From Eledone cirrhosa (lineage: Eukaryota), in contig OZ024740.1 of assembly GCA_964016885.1 (NCBI GenBank), forward strand, positions 274,970,001-275,034,000: a DNA stretch of 64,000 nucleotides, given 5' to 3'. A program made the position numbers and the translations under genes. Of this stretch, positions 62,174-64,000 are shown in pieces; position 1 is the first letter of the stretch, and every line of letters begins with the position of its first letter. The notes beneath the pieces are model-generated. The model saw nothing but the letters and a program-made list of their open reading frames with translations, was not told where the DNA came from and made no database searches.

Positions 62174-62539
62174 ATACCGTCCTGCCAGATGGTTGAACGT
62201 CTGAAAGTATATACTTTCTTTATGCATATTAATGGCTGACCAGCCTAATTTGCATATCGAGTGGGTTCAGTCGGCCGAGCACAGTTCAGTCGGCCTGTGT
62301 CAGTGTTGAACAAAAAGGTGACGTGGTTGCCTAAACACGGTACGGCGTAATTCGGGGTGTTTGTTTGTTTACATACACGTATCGGTTTACCGAACATTTA
62401 TTATAATGCTCGGTTTGTTTGTTTACAAACAAACAAACATACATACATACATACATACATACTTACACACACACATATATATATATATACATATTATATA
62501 TATATATTATATATATATATTATATATATATATATATAT

Positions 62540-62590
<51 letters not shown>

Positions 62591-62592
<2 letters not shown>

Positions 62593-62783
62593 GTTATTCC
62601 GGGTTGAATCGGAGGTAACCACAGTAAGTAAGGTACTCAATACATAGCAGAGTATAAAAGTTTTAATATAGATGAGATTCTACAGGACTAGAACTGTTTC
62701 ATTCATTAGAAATCATCAGGAATCTCCAGGAATCTCCTGATGATTTCTAATGAATGAAACAGTTCTAGTCCTGTAGAATCTCA

Positions 62784-62790
<7 letters not shown>
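62591..62790 (-). mobile_element. HHR mini-element with perfect palindromic head in (TA)n
   Basis: Arms 62666-62721 and 62735-62790; unique tail 62591-62665. Confidence 0.85.
62674..62726 (-). ncRNA. Type I hammerhead ribozyme
   Basis: GAGATTC-CTGATGA-tTTC taat GAAt-GAAACAG...CTGTA-GAATCTC; 7-bp stem I, GUA site. Confidence 0.85.
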
Positions 62791-62877
<87 letters not shown>

Positions 62878-62889
62878 ATATATACACAC

Positions 62890-62928
<39 letters not shown>

Positions 62929-62964
62929 TATATATTATATATATAATATATATACACACACACA

Positions 62965-63023
<59 letters not shown>

Positions 63024-63332
63024 GTCCCACCTTTGCAAGCAGGGAAAAGCAGACGTAAAATGATAATGATGATGACACACACTCGCATACACATATATAC
63101 ACACACACACGCATACATAGATAGATACACACATTATACATATATATATATGTATTTATATATTTATATATATGTATGTATGTGTTTATTTCGGAGAGGA
63201 TAATTTTCCTACCTTTATGTGTTGCCCTCTGGCAAAAAGAAACAAACATTAATGCAAAAATATCTTAAGCAGAGGGCCATGTAGATCTTAGGGAGAGCTA
63301 GCAGGTTTATAGAAATACTCAAATTCTATTAA

Positions 63333-64000
63333 TCTATATATATAAAACTGTGGTTGTCTGTCTGTCTATCGATTTTTGGCACACATCTCCTCTTAGAATC
63401 TCTCACGGAATTGCACCGAAATTGCTATACTTGTACATTGAGCCCTAGCGAAGACATCGGAAAAAAAAAATTTCAAATTGACCCACCCTATGTGACGAAA
63501 TCGAATATAATGTATCGATTTTTGAGCGTAAGTTATCAGTTATTTCCCTTTGTTCTGTTTACATTGAGCGTCTTACGTAAAAAATTACGCTGGCTTTCTC
63601 AGCGTTTAAAATGACATTAACACAATACACGAACATTCGAACACTAAGCTTCCGTTTTGCTTCATTTCCATTTAAAAGCATTTTAAAACAATATTTTTAC
63701 TTGAAAACAAGTCTATTTAAAGACTACGTAAAACAAGCAAATATTTCAGGCGTGCAGACAGACAGTCGTGCAGAGAGGTGATATAGGCGTGCAGACAGAC
63801 ATAACTGATAATTTGGTTACGCTAATGTTTTTCTCTGCGTTGCAGTGTTTACATTTTCGATCTTTGTTAATAAATAACCAGTGCAGTTTTTATCCCCAGC
63901 ATCCTCTTTTGTTATAACATTCGGGTTATCGTTATGTTTTCTTAACTTCATAAGGCATATTGTTGTTTGAGGGAATATTAATCAAAAACACCACATGCAA
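63333..64000 (+). mobile_element. Probable Helitron 5' end, running off the window
   Basis: A|TCTATATATATAAAA...GTCTGTCTGTC, the same style as the 13.6 and 39.3 kb elements; 3' end not visible. Confidence 0.6.

Overview
AT-rich, microsatellite-saturated eukaryotic DNA with no recognisable host gene; the SINE resembles octopus-type SINEs, so a cephalopod origin is inferred. Nearly all listed ORFs are (TA)n/(CA)n translations. The real content is mobile DNA: a degraded autonomous Helitron (13.6-18.3 kb) plus two non-autonomous Helitrons, a 5'-truncated CR1/L2-like LINE, RTE, R4/Dong-like, CRE-like and Tx1-like retroelement tails, mariner remnants and MITEs, about 14 tRNA-derived SINE copies, and several Penelope-like elements (PLEs; RT + GIY-YIG). 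Two things stand out. First, about 20 hammerhead-ribozyme (HHR) motifs from roughly 11 distinct repeat families, some with non-canonical cores. Second, a recurring 'tail-out palindrome' insertion architecture in (TA)n, from ~110-bp mini-elements up to a 6-kb near-perfect PLE palindrome (55582-61566). In it one arm ends at the element's 3' end, the other at an internal TA microhomology, and the join often falls inside the ribozyme. All calls are by-eye readings; no searches or folding programs were run.
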